Below are positions 12,966 through 25,790 of a DNA stretch of 56,642 nt, one piece after another. Position numbers and translations under genes: made by a program. The stretch covers positions 158,308-214,949 of the forward strand of contig MU053661.1 in the NCBI GenBank assembly GCA_013239625.1, read 5' to 3'. The stretch comes from Lama guanicoe. Lineage: Eukaryota. Within the stretch, counting starts at the first letter, position 1, and each line of letters starts with the position of its first letter. A model generated the notes under the pieces. That model saw only the letters and a list, made by a program, of their open reading frames with translations. It was not told the DNA's origin and ran no database searches.

Positions 12966-14126
12966 ATTCCCTTTTCAGCTTCATAGATAATTTTAGTAAG
13001 AAACATGAGCAATTTTGTATTTTTGCTCCTTAATAACCGATAAGTGGGCCAACTATATTTTTGTGAGCAGGGATGCTGTGCGGGCACTGGGGTGACAGCA
13101 AACTCTTGTTGGGGGTGGCAGACCCTGCAACATGTCTGACGCCCCGTGAGCGTTGGTGAGGGTCCCCCTAGCCAGGGGCTCTCTTCAGGAACCAGCATAT
13201 GGGCATTGACCTCTGGAGACCTCTTTTTCGGCTGCAGGAAATTTTTTCAGATACTGCGATTGAAAAATCACTCCAGCTGGGGATAATTAGGGAAAAAAGG
13301 AAAAGAAAAAGGGGTTGGAGTAGAGTAGAATGGAAGGAAAAAATATCACGGAGACTGAGTGCTTGGCAGCAGGGCCTCGGGATAGAGGGGAGCAGAGGTG
13401 GGGAGGGGCCTGGCTCCGGAACCAGCTCCTGCACCTGTCCCCACGCCCAAGCCACATAGCTTTTAATTGGCCTGGGCCACCTCTCTGGGCTGGATTTCAC
13501 CCTGGGCAGAACCTTGAGAATCGAAGGTAAGGGGTGGGCAGCACTCACGTAGGGGGTCACTGAGGACTTCGTTCAAGTCCACAATGCCTTTTCTGGTCAT
13601 GTGTCTTCACTTGTCCTTTATCTCAGTATCTGAGGAGGAGGAGCAAGGAACTCAGGGAGAGATCCAGGAAGATATCCGACTGTGTTATAAGAGGACAGAA
13701 AAAGTGAAACGGGGAGTGAGGACACTTGCAGCAAGCAAAATGACTTCACATCTATTGCACAGAGCTGCAGGTGTGAGAGAGCCTAAGCCTGTCTCAGAGT
13801 GCAGGGGACAAGCGGAAAGGAAAGGCAAAATTTCCACTGACAATTGAAATCTTGTTAAATAGCCTGCTACTGTTGTTTGTATCACTTCAATGAGTGCAGG
13901 TGTATTTCTGTGGGAAATTACGGGTTCACTCAACCCCACCAGCCCCTCTTGCCCCCATCGGGGATGGGCTTTCTCAAGCACAGTGCCCCTCCTGCTTGGG
14001 TGGGCCACGCTGCTGTTCCTCGCCTGGGGCTGGGCTGCTGCAGGGCACTGAGTCCCCGAGGCACGGCCTGTGATAAACAACAGGAATATCTCTGCTCTTG
14101 ACTGGGGGCCTCCGTTTCCCCTGCAG

Positions 14127-14250
14127 TTTAAGAAAGCCAGTGACTGAGTTAGAAGCATGCTTCCAAGCTGTCCGTGTCCTCGGCATCCAGAAGCAGAGCC
14201 TGGAAGCTACCGAATTTCTCCAGAATGCGGACTATATTCACTTTCGGTAG
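14127..14250 (+). pseudogene. TRAPPC9: TRAPPC9-like duplicate (upstream copy A), exon 7 homologue ending in TAG
   Basis: Acceptor TTTCCCCTGCAG; donor GTGAGT at 14251. Translates as ...[36 protein letters not shown] versus recalled human [37 protein letters not shown]. Length 124 nt versus 126 expected; last codon CAG>TAG. Confidence 0.92.
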
Positions 14251-15089
14251 GTGAGTGTATGTCGTTACACAAGTGGAGGAATTACTGCAGTTTTCCTGGA
14301 ACTTTCTCACCACTAATCCATCTGATTTTTCTGTGCTAGGATTCAGTATGGCCTGCTAAAAACTCCAGAGTCAGATCTTGAAACCCTGATGAAGAAGATT
14401 ATTTATTTCATTTCTCTATATGATAGTCTTTTACTTTAATAATTCAGAATTTTTGGTTCTTTCAGGAATTTTTGGGGGGGTTGGAGAATCAACTTTGCTC
14501 TTGCCATCTTTGCCACCTGTTGCTTTGTGCCTCTCACCTATCTTCTGTCACTTGTGAGGCGGTTCCATTTGTGACCCTGTCCAGGTTGTTCATGTTATAA
14601 AACATAAAGTCTGTAAAAGTACAGTCCCTTTTACTCCAAAGACATTCCACAAATACTCCTTAAATTTGGGTGTGGATTTAAGAAGACAGAATCATTAGAA
14701 CATGTCCTTGCAGGTTGCTAGTGCAAAATCCCCAAATCAATAGTCTAGCTCAACATCTAAAATCTTTCTAATCTACCTTGGATTTGTATGGATAAGTGAG
14801 GCAGTTTGCTAAACTGAACTCAAGGTTTAGAATACAGTCTGGTGTAGCTCAGCAGGTCCTCCCAAGCTGATGCTCTGCCAGAGGGCGGGTCCGAGGGGAG
14901 AGGGCGGGTCCTGCCCTCCCTGAGCTGAAAGTTTCATAACAAAGACATTCACCTGGTGAAGAACTTGGTGTTTCTTCTTAGAACAGTGGGTCTGAAAAGA
15001 GTTCAGAAAACGTGGGAGTGACACAATCCCATTTGTCTCAAGTAGGGGAGAGTGGCTGTGGGGCCACTTGGGAGACTCATGAGTCCAGG

Positions 15090-15375
15090 TGGGCAGTGTT
15101 GGTGGCTTCCACTTGAGTGGTGGGACGGTCAGTGGGTAAAAGCGAACAGATTGAAGGCATGTTTAGATGGTTAAAAGGAAAGGATGAATGCTGTCTGTGA
15201 AGGTAGGATGGAGTAAGGCCCAGGTTTCTGTGTGGATTAATGAGGTAAATGATGGTCCTACTGTTCTCTGAGGAGGGAAAGCTGCAGAGGGAGTTCTGGG
15301 GAAAAACTGATGAGTTCAACTGTCGGTAAAGTGAAAGGCTGTTAAATGTGCAGTCTGGGAGCTCTGGTGAGAGCC
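15090..15375 (-). mobile_element. L2 LINE relic
   Basis: GATTGAAGGCATGTTTAG...CCCAGGTTTCTG...GATGAGTTCA; typical L2 antisense pattern. Confidence 0.6.
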
Positions 15376-17536
15376 AGTAGTGTGTAAGGGGAGGGGAGAG
15401 GGACTTTCAAATTATTTGTCTTGTGAACATACAAATAAGTATGAGTAATGACACACTTAACACCTCTATATTCGGGATTTAAAGCCCTGTAACATTTTGC
15501 TATACTGACTGCAGATGTTCTTAATTTTTTTTAATAGAAATAAATAGAAACAAAATAGTGGAGTTAATGAACATCTTAGAGTTGATGTGTGTCCTTGTAT
15601 GTATTTTGATACCTCATCTGTTTATAACCATAATCTACAAAAAGTTAACTTGCTTAGCATAAGAGGTAAACAGAGGGCCTTGACACACACTGTTGGGGGT
15701 TGAAGCTGATCTTCTTGGGTAAATTATGTAGCCTCTCTGTGCCTTAGTTGCATCTTCTGTGACTGCCCCCGAGCCCCTCATCACTGCTGATTTCCTAGAC
15801 TAGATGTTGGGAGGGAGGCTGCTGAAGGGAGTAAGAGGTGGCTACTGCTATGGACACTGAAGAGAGAGAAAAAAACAGATTAAAGCCGATAAACTGAGTA
15901 GAAATACCCTCAAAAGAGAAAGAATCCCGCAGTGTTTTGAGCCACTAAGCGCAAGGGAAACAAAATCACGTGGATCCAAAGCTCTTGAACATATGAGTAT
16001 TGTGGGTGGGAGGGTGTCATCATAAAAGTGTTGAGAAAAGGCCTTTTGGTTTCCCTTGACTTTTCCAGTAAGGATGGGGAGCAGAAGCGAAAACCCCCTG
16101 CTTCACAGTTGAAGGTGCTGTTTTGTGCAAAACTGACCAAAGTTTGGAAATCAGTCATCAGCGGTGCTGGCAAATGAAGAGGCTTCTGGATTGGGTGGGG
16201 CACTTGCTTTGACTTCCAGGTGAGCTTCTGGCTGGGGGCTGTGAGGCGGGAGCTGGCTGGGTGAGGCGGGCAGTAGGTTTGCAGTGTGACCTGGGCATAA
16301 TCCCTGGCTCTGAGGCTGCTGGTCTGACTAGCAGACCTGGGCACCCGCAGTCCTAATGGGGCAGCTCGGGATGTGATCTGGGACACCTGCCGTGCTGAGG
16401 GCGAGAAGAGGGCTCCCCTGAGGGTGTGTCCCTGCGGAGAGTGGAAACGTCCTCCTGCAGGGGAGGAAGAGCCTCTGAGCAGGGGGCCGGATGCACAGGC
16501 AAGACCAGCCTGAGCACTGAGTTTTCAGGGAGCTGGAACTCATAAAGTGGCCCAAACCGCCTTGTTCCTGAGAGACTGGAGGGAAAAGATGCTGAAAAGG
16601 CAGGCTAGGTTCAGACCCTGTGATGGGTTATGAGTGACAGGAAAGGACTGTTCAGGCAGGCACGAGAGAACCCTGTGGGCATCCCAGCTGGGGCGTCACG
16701 CCGGAGGGAAGAACAGAGTTATAGACTTTGCCACTTATTAGCTGTGTGACTTTGAGCAATATCACCCACCTCTCTCTATATATATCTTCATCTGTAAAGT
16801 GACAGAGTGACAAGCTCGTGTCATCAGAAGGCTTAGTTTAGCTCTGATCCTCTGTGTCCAGTCCTGTCAGTGCTGCCCTGCAAGGTTCTGCAGCGGCTGC
16901 TCTTACCCTGAGATGGGAGGGCGTAGAGGGACATTGTAGCGCGTGAGAGCAGGAAGGGGTTGCTTTAACAGCAAACATGTAACCGCCTGCAGCTGCAGAC
17001 CTGCAGGCAGTTTGGTTGACGGCCCTTGAGAGGACTTTGGAGGCCTTAGCATCGTCTTAAGTCTTGTTTTCCCTTTGGGAACGGATTTGACTTTGCGGAT
17101 TGATGTTGAAGATTTGGGCTTCTGGCAAAGCTGTTTTCAGATGGGTATATACGTAAAATATCGTATAAAATCAAATGATTTATTTAACATGTGCGACTTT
17201 GCAGCTGTTGGGAACAGCTCTGTTGGCCTGGTCTCCACGGAGGACCCTAAGGGTCAGCAGAGCACGCGGGAGGGCAGGCAGCCTGCAGTGCTTCTGCGGG
17301 GGGTTCTCCCCAGCACGGCGCTCTGCTGAGTTGACTCTCCCATGAGTTTGGTTGCCAGAGGAGCAGACAGCAAATTAATGAGTTCTGGAGGGATTGTATA
17401 ATTACAGGAAGAAAGAGGAACCCGGAGTTTTTCCGGACTAAAACATGCTTTTGGTTCCTGATTCAGTGTGTTCCATTACAGAATTGATGAGCTGTGTCTA
17501 TTCTGGGACTTCATTGAAATAAACGTTCTCCCTTAC

Positions 17537-17995
17537 TGTTAAGGGCTTTGTTTTATTTGGTTGGAGGACTCGAGCTGGGATGACAGCCTCTCAAATCACT
17601 CTGAGGGACTTCTCCCAAGAGGTAGGGGAGGATCTAGGATATATAGAAGGTTTACAACAAAGACCAGGTATTTTGAACAATAAAATATTGTTTGTTATCT
17701 AATGAAAACCAGATATCTCAAGTTCAAGTATTTAGTGTTCTATGTATGGTGGGAAGCAAACAATTGGGTCATTGAATTCATTCCTTTGGCAAGCACCTGG
17801 CTATCTAGGGCCAGTATCCTGTACTATCTTACTCTGAGTCCCCTCAGAGGGCACCCCGTGAGTGGCTGAGAGGCTGGGCTGCAGTCCTCTCTTCGCTGGG
17901 GTTTGGCAGCAGCCGCTGATGACTTGGATTCAGCATTCTTTGTTTACTGACATGGTTGCAGTATTTTCATTCACACTGTAGTATTTTCATTCACA
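17537..17995 (-). mobile_element. 3' LTR of the provirus
   Basis: Direct repeat of 24747-25240 with a ~29-nt deletion near its left end; adjacent PPT at 17996-18007 (AAGGGGGAGCAC on the minus strand). Confidence 0.9.
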
Positions 17996-18894
17996 GTGCT
18001 CCCCCTTGGTCCTAAATTCGACCAATATTTTGACAGACATTTCATGACCAATTTTGTCCCACGGTGCTAGGATGGCTCATTCCTAGTTCAGGTGAAGAAT
18101 TTTCTGAGTTGTCATTGAAGGTGTTAGTTTTTTTATCAGGCCCTGTTGATACTAAAAGTTCTCTGGATCACCTGTCTTACTGGTCTATTATGATCCAGGA
18201 AGTGTTTACCCTTCATTGCTCATTCCCATACCTAGAATCACACGATTACAATAACTTTATTCAGGGTTATAAATTTTATCTGTTTCTTCAAGATGTTTAG
18301 CCATCATCAATCTTGTAGGCCTAGTTACACATTGGGAAATGTAAGAGACAACAATTTTATAAAATAGGATATAAGCAATACAGCTAGTAACGTTAATAAA
18401 GTCACGAGTAAGAATTTAATAGTCGAGAAGTTGTATTTTTGGGTTAAAATTTTGCTTGTGTTTCTGATTGAGTTTGATCTTATGAGAAAGTTCATATTTA
18501 TGGTCAGGGTCAGAGCAGGTATTAATTGACCAGGTGAGGACTCCCACCTTGTAAGATTAAAAGTGGCCTAAACAGAACTATAATTTCTTTTGAGAATAAC
18601 ATTTCTGAGGGCTATCTAGTTAGAGCCTTGGAGTAGGGAAACCCACCAAGGTAACACAGAAGTACTAGACATAGGTAATTTACCATAAACTTAACAATTG
18701 GAGTAGTTCATAATCAAAGGTTGGGAAAATTATCAAAGTAATTGGCATACAGGCCTGGTCGGTGTCTTGGGTCAGCTGTCTAGCTCAGATGTCGTCTTCT
18801 TCTCATCCTGGCCTGGTAGCTTTTTCTCCATTTGGGCATTGTTTTAAGGTGAGCAGTGTTCTATAGGCCAGTGCCCTGCAGGGGCTGTTTCTGA

Positions 18895-19045
18895 TAGGAA
18901 ATGAACCGAGGGTCCGTTTCCTTCAGCATTGGTGTGTATGGCCTAATTAAGCGTACCTGAAAAAGGGTCCTTCCGTTCAGGTTGCAGACAGTTCTTTAAG
19001 GCATGCCTGTTCCAGTATGTATAATCCCGTGGCTACAGGTCATGG
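18895..19045 (-). pseudogene. Retroviral integrase C-terminal (GPY/F module) relic
   Basis: Minus-strand translation HDL*PRDYTYWNRHALKNCLQPERKDPF/QVRLIRP resembles class I ERV ..LQPGD.VYWKRH....LQPRWKGPYQVLL..; one stop and one frameshift. Confidence 0.7.
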
Positions 19046-21590
19046 GGCATTGGAACTTACCCAAGGATAGATTACTGAGCTTCAGAAACAAACCTAGAGT
19101 ATCATTTTCATAATTCAATTAAACTGTACAGCAATGTGACATAACAGCAAGGAATGACCTGGGAAGTGTCTTAGTAAATATGGACCTCAATTAACAAAAC
19201 TAGAATTTAATATCCACTAAAATATAATCTTTTTTCTCTCTAAAGTTACCCTCAGTTTTCTCAAATAAAGCCAAATGAAGATTAATTTCTTTACAAGTTA
19301 AGTCTGATTATTTGATCATATAGGCTCTTTTAAATTGGCTGTGTTGGAAGTTTTAATATAGAGTCTCAGGGTAGAATGTTAATAAGGTTTGCTAAGGCCA
19401 AGAAAGTCACGTCAAGGCTTTTCATGGGTTTCTGCCTTATAGATTTAGGTAAATTCTTTTCTCTTTAAAATCCTTAAAATACCTTTCTAGTCCTATATCT
19501 GTTAGGAGATGATCTTCCTAATTTGTCTGATAGAGCCACTGGGGACCTAAGTGTTTTTAGTCTCTTGAGGGATCAGATAGAGAGAAAAGATAACTGTTCC
19601 AAGTCTGAATACATAGTTATAATTTATCAAATTGCTGTGAACCATAACTAGCTTAAGGAGAAGAGATACTTTATGTCTGGGAAACAGGTTAAAAGCCAGT
19701 AGTATTTCAAACAATATCAAAAATTATAACCATATTCACCAGTTTAGTCAGTCCCATGTAACTAATTTTTTAATGAGAGTTTTCATTAGAACTTTAAAAT
19801 TTCTTACCCAGTTTAGTTCAGTGCTATAGTTTGAAATTTATTAGAAATCAGTAAATCTCCTTGAAGAGAAAGCATTTTGCAAAACCATCAGAAGAAAACA
19901 ATTAACTGTCTATAAATGACAAAAGATTTAAAAGCATGGTTAAACACCGTTACAATATAATCGATAAAGAAACCTGTTCACTATACCCATAATTATCACT
20001 GGTAACATTTCAGATAAACCAGAATTTTAGGAAGTCCATATAATTTCTACAATATCTATATTAATAATATTTTCTCATTCAATGTAACCTTAGAAGTTTT
20101 ATGATTCATTTGACAATACCATGTTATTTAAAATACCAAATGAAACATACTAGTTTAAAAATCTCTCTTTGGGATGTTTCAGGGGCTCTCTGTAGCATCC
20201 CAAATTTAACTAGAGATTAAAAGAACTTTAATTAGAATTTGATATTTGGGGAGCTTGTTAAAAGTTTTCAGAACACTTGGTCAGATAAAAATATAGATCA
20301 CTGTAAAGTAGTACTAATTCATTAACAAGAAAATACTTCAAAGGTAAAGGCAGAACAGATCAGCTAAGTGGTATAAGAAGTTTTACAATCTGTTACTGAA
20401 GGTGGATTAACATTTTAAGAAAATTTTTTCCTCTTAACAGAGAGAAAACCAAATCTAATAAGCTTACTTCTTCATTTACGTTGCCCAATTTGATTTTAAA
20501 CTTAGCCAATTCTGACCACGTACAAAACTCTTTCCTCAGGTTTCCTCTTCCAAAAGCCTTCCACAGCTTTCTAAACTCATATTAGTGTGTCCCTTATTTT
20601 CTCTTCCATTCAGAAGTAACCAGCTTCAGGAGAAAGTCACTATTTTTCATTAACAAAATATAATTCCATTCTTATATCTTCCTTTACACATTTATCTTAA
20701 TTTCCTAGGATACTGAGATGATTCCCTTACTAATAGAGACTATTTCAGGGTGGCACCAACTATTTATTAATATTTCTAAACACCTTAAGTTTCACTGTAA
20801 GAGGAAGTTAAATGTTAAGTAATTCATATTTCAATCTTATTTTATCTGAAAATGGCATAGCTATTTAATAAAATCCTATCATTTAACTTAATTTAGCACA
20901 ACTCTAGAATTTAAAGATACCAAACATTTAGACATTATTTTAAGCATACATTTTAAAAATATATTTTAAATATTTACCCAAAGCTCTCATCTCATTTGCA
21001 TTTAATTTACTTAAAATTTTAACACACCACATTACTGTTATTTTTTTTTGACAAATCTGCAACAGATATAACAGGATCTTATTTGACTTTCATTAAACCT
21101 AAGTACAGTAAAGGTATTATACTTAATATTGATGACTTTAAAGATGTCTATATTAATTAGAACATACTTAAACTAAACAATATCAAATATTATCTTAATA
21201 TTGAATATTTTCCATTTCATGTGATGCTGAAAGTCAAATTGTTCAGTGTTTATTTTAAAAATACTTAATTTTTAAGCTTTTATTTTTTTATATCAATTAA
21301 GCAGAGCTCTTTGACTTTGACTTTTTTTTTAGCAGTAGAAATATCTCACATCTATAATGTGTATGCAGGCTTATAAAGAGACAAAAGCTAGAGATCTCAT
21401 AGCTTCACTTTAAAACTTAATTATAGGATATGTATATTAATAGTTGGAGTAAGCTGAATTTGCTTGCTCAAATCACTAAGGCTTACTATTTATGAAACAG
21501 ACAGTAAAGGTTTCTTCACAAAGTCTGAAGGACCCGTCAGAGTTCTGAGTTCTAAAACGCCAAAAATTTCTTGGCCTTAAGTTTTATTTC

Positions 21591-22208
21591 TGTTACGGAA
21601 ATGACAGGCCAGTCAAGAAACAAGCACCATTCAGAGGGTTGGAGTACTCAGATTTATTACGCTGGCGGGCTCAGAGGGGCATCTGCTCCGAGGCTCTGAG
21701 CACCTCCAAGACCTGCACATGAGGTTTTATAGGGTTAATTACAAGTATGGGGCTATTAGCCAATAAGGTTCAAACAACAAAAAGCAAGGAATCAGTACAC
21801 TGGAGCTTATCAATTTGGAACAGATCACGTTACTGACACTTGTTGAGCTTGGATTTACGAGTTAGCTTGTTAGCCCAGTAAACTGACACTAAACTTTAGA
21901 TTTACAAGCTAGCCTGGCAGAACTTATATCAGTAAACCGACACTTATCACACTTAGAATTGTGACTGAGCTCATTAGCCCAATAGACTGACACTAAACTT
22001 CAGATTTATGAGTTAGCCCAGCAGAACTCAGACCAGTAATCCGACACTTGTTGCACTTAGATTTGTGACTTAGCTTGTTAGCCCAGTAAACTGACACTAA
22101 ACTTCAGATTTATGAGTTAGCCCAGCAGAACTCAGACCAGTAATCCGACACTTGTTGCACTTAGATTTGTGACTTAGCTTGTTAGCCCAGCTGGGCTTTT
22201 CCTTCACA
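21591..22208 (-). mobile_element. Solo LTR, family Y, nested in the provirus; carries three 104-bp tandem units
   Basis: TG...CA termini with perfect TTTC TSD; homologous to 28336-28725, 38198-38423 and 40408-40816. Confidence 0.95.
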
Positions 22209-24349
22209 TTTCATTGAGCTAATAAGGCTCAGTCCTAGGTCACTGTTTTTTGTATTTATATTTCTGATCTGCAAGACAAAGACACTCTATTCCAGGTCCC
22301 CAGAGAACTGCTCTGTCACCCAGACCCAATTTTATCTCCTTAATTGGCATTTTTGTGTCAGTGAGAAGAGCTGTAAACAAAGAATTCCATGTTATAAAAC
22401 TTTAAGGTTTACTTTATCGTGTATTCCAAAGCTTGCATAAGGCATTTAGTAAGGTCTCTTTTCCTTGTGTTATAAGTTAATCTCAGGGTAAAACTCTAAT
22501 TATATTTTTTTATTAGCCACTCAATATTAGTTTTTATGTTTACGTTATATTGGACGGCTCATGTGTCAATATTGGTTTCCTTTAATTAGTTCAATTAATA
22601 TTTTCAGAGGGACAGAGAAGGACAGACATGGGCCCAGCCTTATAATACCAAGAAGGGGAAGCGTTTTTCCACTGAAACATATCTATCCCACAACATAAGC
22701 AAAAGTTTTATATAAAGACCATTTAAATATACTAATTTCACATACTTTTATCTCAATTTCATTAAATCTTATACCTTTAAGTTTTATATTTATTAGGTTT
22801 AATCAATAATTCTTATTTCTAGAAGGAGTGCCAGAAGCCTTTTTTTGTGTGTGTGTGCATTGTATCTAATTTTATAGAACAGTCTCTAGGATGCCCAAGT
22901 TTCAGCCAAAGAGCTTAGGTCCGTCTCAGTTTTTAATTTGATTAATTGGTCTGTTGTCCCAATCATTGATCAAGTATGTCAGTCTATATATACATATATT
23001 TTAAACTGTGGTAAATAAAACGGACTTGTTTGAACTTTAATGTTGGGGCGGAGTAGGTGATCTCTTTGGCCCTTTTTTTTTAACTTTACGTAGTATAGTA
23101 TCAAAATCTTGTATCTAAATCTAAAAATGTCCATTTTATTTATCTCATTCAAAATAACCATATAAAAATCTTTATCCATTTAGGATAACCCACTTATCTT
23201 TTTTTTTTCCGACATTTTTACAATCCTTTTTCCAGTTATTCAAACTAATTAACATTAATTATTCTAAGTTTTTATTAGCACCTCTAGAACCATTTATCGG
23301 AAAGGAAAAACACAAATGTAGCTTTTCAAACCAGATTTATTTTTTTAACTAAGTTTTTAGGTTAACCATTAGATATATTTTTCTACCTTTAATCTTGATT
23401 TTAATAAGTACCAATAAAACAGCTGTTTATAATGAGATCTCTTTAAACTTTCAGCAATTTAAAAGTTTTTCCAAATTAAAGGATCCATCATATGGCCATC
23501 AATATATAGTGATTTTAAAACAATAAATTGAAGAGGTTCTTCCACATGAGACTGGGGGTGCCTAAATAAAACTCAAAGGTTTACTCTCCAAAAGCTAAAG
23601 GCCTTTGTGGTCCAGGCTGATACAGCAAAGTTTAAGATGGCAAATATCTGAAAATTGGTACAAAGAATTGCTTGGAATCCCAATTTATTTGCGTGGCCAC
23701 CACATGTACACAATACGTGAACATTTTGTATGGCAGAGTCTAAGGTTTCCTTTAAAAAATAAGGTACACATATATACACATACATACACACACTTAGAAC
23801 ACCCAGAGAAAGATAAAACATTTACATTTCAAGGACACAGGAAGAGAAATCCAAGTTCCCCCTAAAGGGGATTTTGTTTTTATAAGTTCAGAATTCCAAA
23901 AAATGTTTTTATCAGGCCTGTTTAGTTACTTTCAGAGTGAGTTTTTTGTTTTTATTCCCAAATAATGTTGTAAGTTTTGTATGAACATAAACCTGGCTGG
24001 GGTAATAGTTGGAGGCTGGCAATCTGTCATTTCTTTTTCTTTTCTTTTCTGTTTTTTATTTTTTTTTTTTTGAAAGTTTTATTCCCCATTGTAAGATTGG
24101 GTTCTCAGAATAAATATGTTAGTAAGATTTCCCACAGGGACAACTCTGTGGCATGAAGTCTTTGTCACTACCACTCCTGGAACATTCTCTGTCACGTGAG
24201 AAAGCTGTGACCAGCCAGGAGGATGGTCCGAATTTTGGAGTTGAAAGGTTCCTCATAAGAGTTTTACTTTTATCCTGAAAAATTCAATGGAGGTAACCAA
24301 ATTGAGGAAAACATTAGACCAGCCTCTTACCTAACCACTCAGTCCTGAA

Positions 24350-24535
24350 CCCAGTGTCTTTCAACTTGGACCCACTCGGGACGTCCCCACTGGGTGAGTA
24401 TTTTCCTCATATGTTTCCACCAGCCCCACTTCGAACGTCTCCTCAAGGTGGGTATTTCCCTTTATCTTTCAACCAGGCCCCACCCTGTATGTCTCGACTG
24501 GGTGTGTAATTAACCCCAGTTTCTTTCAACTGGAG
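24350..24535 (-). repeat. Imperfect ~55-bp tandem repeats in the proviral leader
   Basis: TTTC(A/C)AC...CCCAC....GTC...GGGTG..TA recurs about three times. Confidence 0.6.
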
Positions 24536-24724
24536 GGCCAGGTACCTGGATACACTGCCAGATAAAACTCAGGATCATCAACCAATATGTGAGATCCGAG
24601 AAACAGGAGAGACTCACCCAAATTCATCTGGACTCCCTGAGGAGGCTGATGGGCACAAAGGGCCATTGCTGGTACCAAGGCTCCGATTACTCAGAGAGTT
24701 GAGGTGGAGAGAAGTCTGCTGTGG

Positions 24725-24742
24725 GTCCCTTCATGGTGTCCA
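24725..24742 (-). promoter_or_regulatory. Primer-binding site, tRNA-Arg-like (degenerate)
   Basis: Minus strand TGGACACCATGAAGGGAC, 4 nt inside the 5' LTR boundary; 15/18 match to the recalled Arg-type PBS TGGCGACCACGAAGGGAC. Confidence 0.7.
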
Positions 24743-24746
24743 AAAC

Positions 24747-25240
24747 TGTTGACTGAAATACATGTGCAGCCTAAAAGTTAAGAGTTATGTTTTATTTGGC
24801 GGGATGATTCGAGCCGGGATGACAGCCTCTCAGATCTCTCTCAGGGACTGCTCCCAAGTGGTTGAGGAAGAGCTAGGATATATAGGAGCTTTACAACAAA
24901 GACCAGGTTGTTGGAACAATAAAAGATTGCTTGTTATCTAAAGAAAGCCAGGTATCTCAAATTCAATAATTTAGTGCTTTTGTATGTATGGGAGGAAGCA
25001 AATATTTGGACTCACAGAATTCATTTTTTAGACAAGCACCTAGCTATCTAGGACCAGTATCCTGTCCTTTCTTATTCTGAGACTGCTCAGAGGACACCAT
25101 TGTGAGTTGCTGCGGGGGCTGGGCTGCAGGCCTGTCCTAGCTGGGGGGTGGCGGCAGCCTTTAATGACTTGGTTTCAGTATTCTTTGTTTACTGTCATGG
25201 TTGCAGTATTCTCATTCACATTGTAGTATTTTCGTTCACA
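24747..25240 (-). mobile_element. 5' LTR of the provirus
   Basis: TG...CA termini; repeat of 17537-17995; both LTRs share a 20-bp terminal tandem duplication (..GTATTTTCATTCACA). Confidence 0.9.
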
Positions 25241-25589
25241 CACTGATTATGGATAATCTGCAACCTTGGAAAGCATGCGAGATGGAATTACTGCAGGCAC
25301 CTTCTACATTAATAAGTCTTGTGCAAACATAAAGATGGATGAAGCATGCATTTGGATTTGGTGGTGTAAGGAAGGGTTTCTGCACATTACAGGACAATGC
25401 AAGGCAGAATTACTTAAGTCCACCTTTCTTTACTGTAGTGGTTTCTGAGAACTGTTTGTGGTAATTAACCAACATTGACAAACGGTGGCACACATTGCAT
25501 TTAAGACCTGGCCGGTTGCAAACTTGTGTATTGGACCAGTGGAATTCATAGGCAAGGGGTCAGGTGGATGGCAGAGAGATGGAGCCAAG

Positions 25590-25790
25590 GCCTGGGCCCA
25601 GATTCTAGTTTAAATCGCCATTTCCTCACCATAGGGCTTTGGACTAGAATGTAAACTCTCTTAACCTGTTGGAGAATCTGTGAAATGGGCATGATAATAT
25701 TCGTTTCTTCCTGGGATTGTTGTAAGTTCTAAAGAGTATTATAGCACACATGAAGCACTTAAAACACTGGCACTTAGCAGTGTTCACTGT
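25590..25790 (+). mobile_element. MIR SINE
   Basis: ATCTGTGAAATGGGCATGATAAT...GAAGCACTTAAAACACTGGCACTTAG. Confidence 0.7.

Larger units (their letters stand above)
17537..25240 (-). mobile_element. Decayed class I (ERV1, MER4-group-like) provirus, ~7.7 kb, two LTRs, apparently non-autonomous
   Basis: Homologous LTRs at 17537-17995 and 24747-25240, PBS next to the right LTR, PPT next to the left LTR, AT-rich interior with no long ORF, and an integrase relic. Confidence 0.9.

Noticed and set aside
12966..12976. ATTCCCTTTT as a PPT implying proviral internal sequence
   Set aside because: It is short, overlaps the probable TSD, and no retroviral internal sequence follows.
21860..22195. Regularly spaced repeats as a CRISPR-like array
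   Set aside because: Whole-unit tandem repeats without unique spacers, inside a mammalian LTR.
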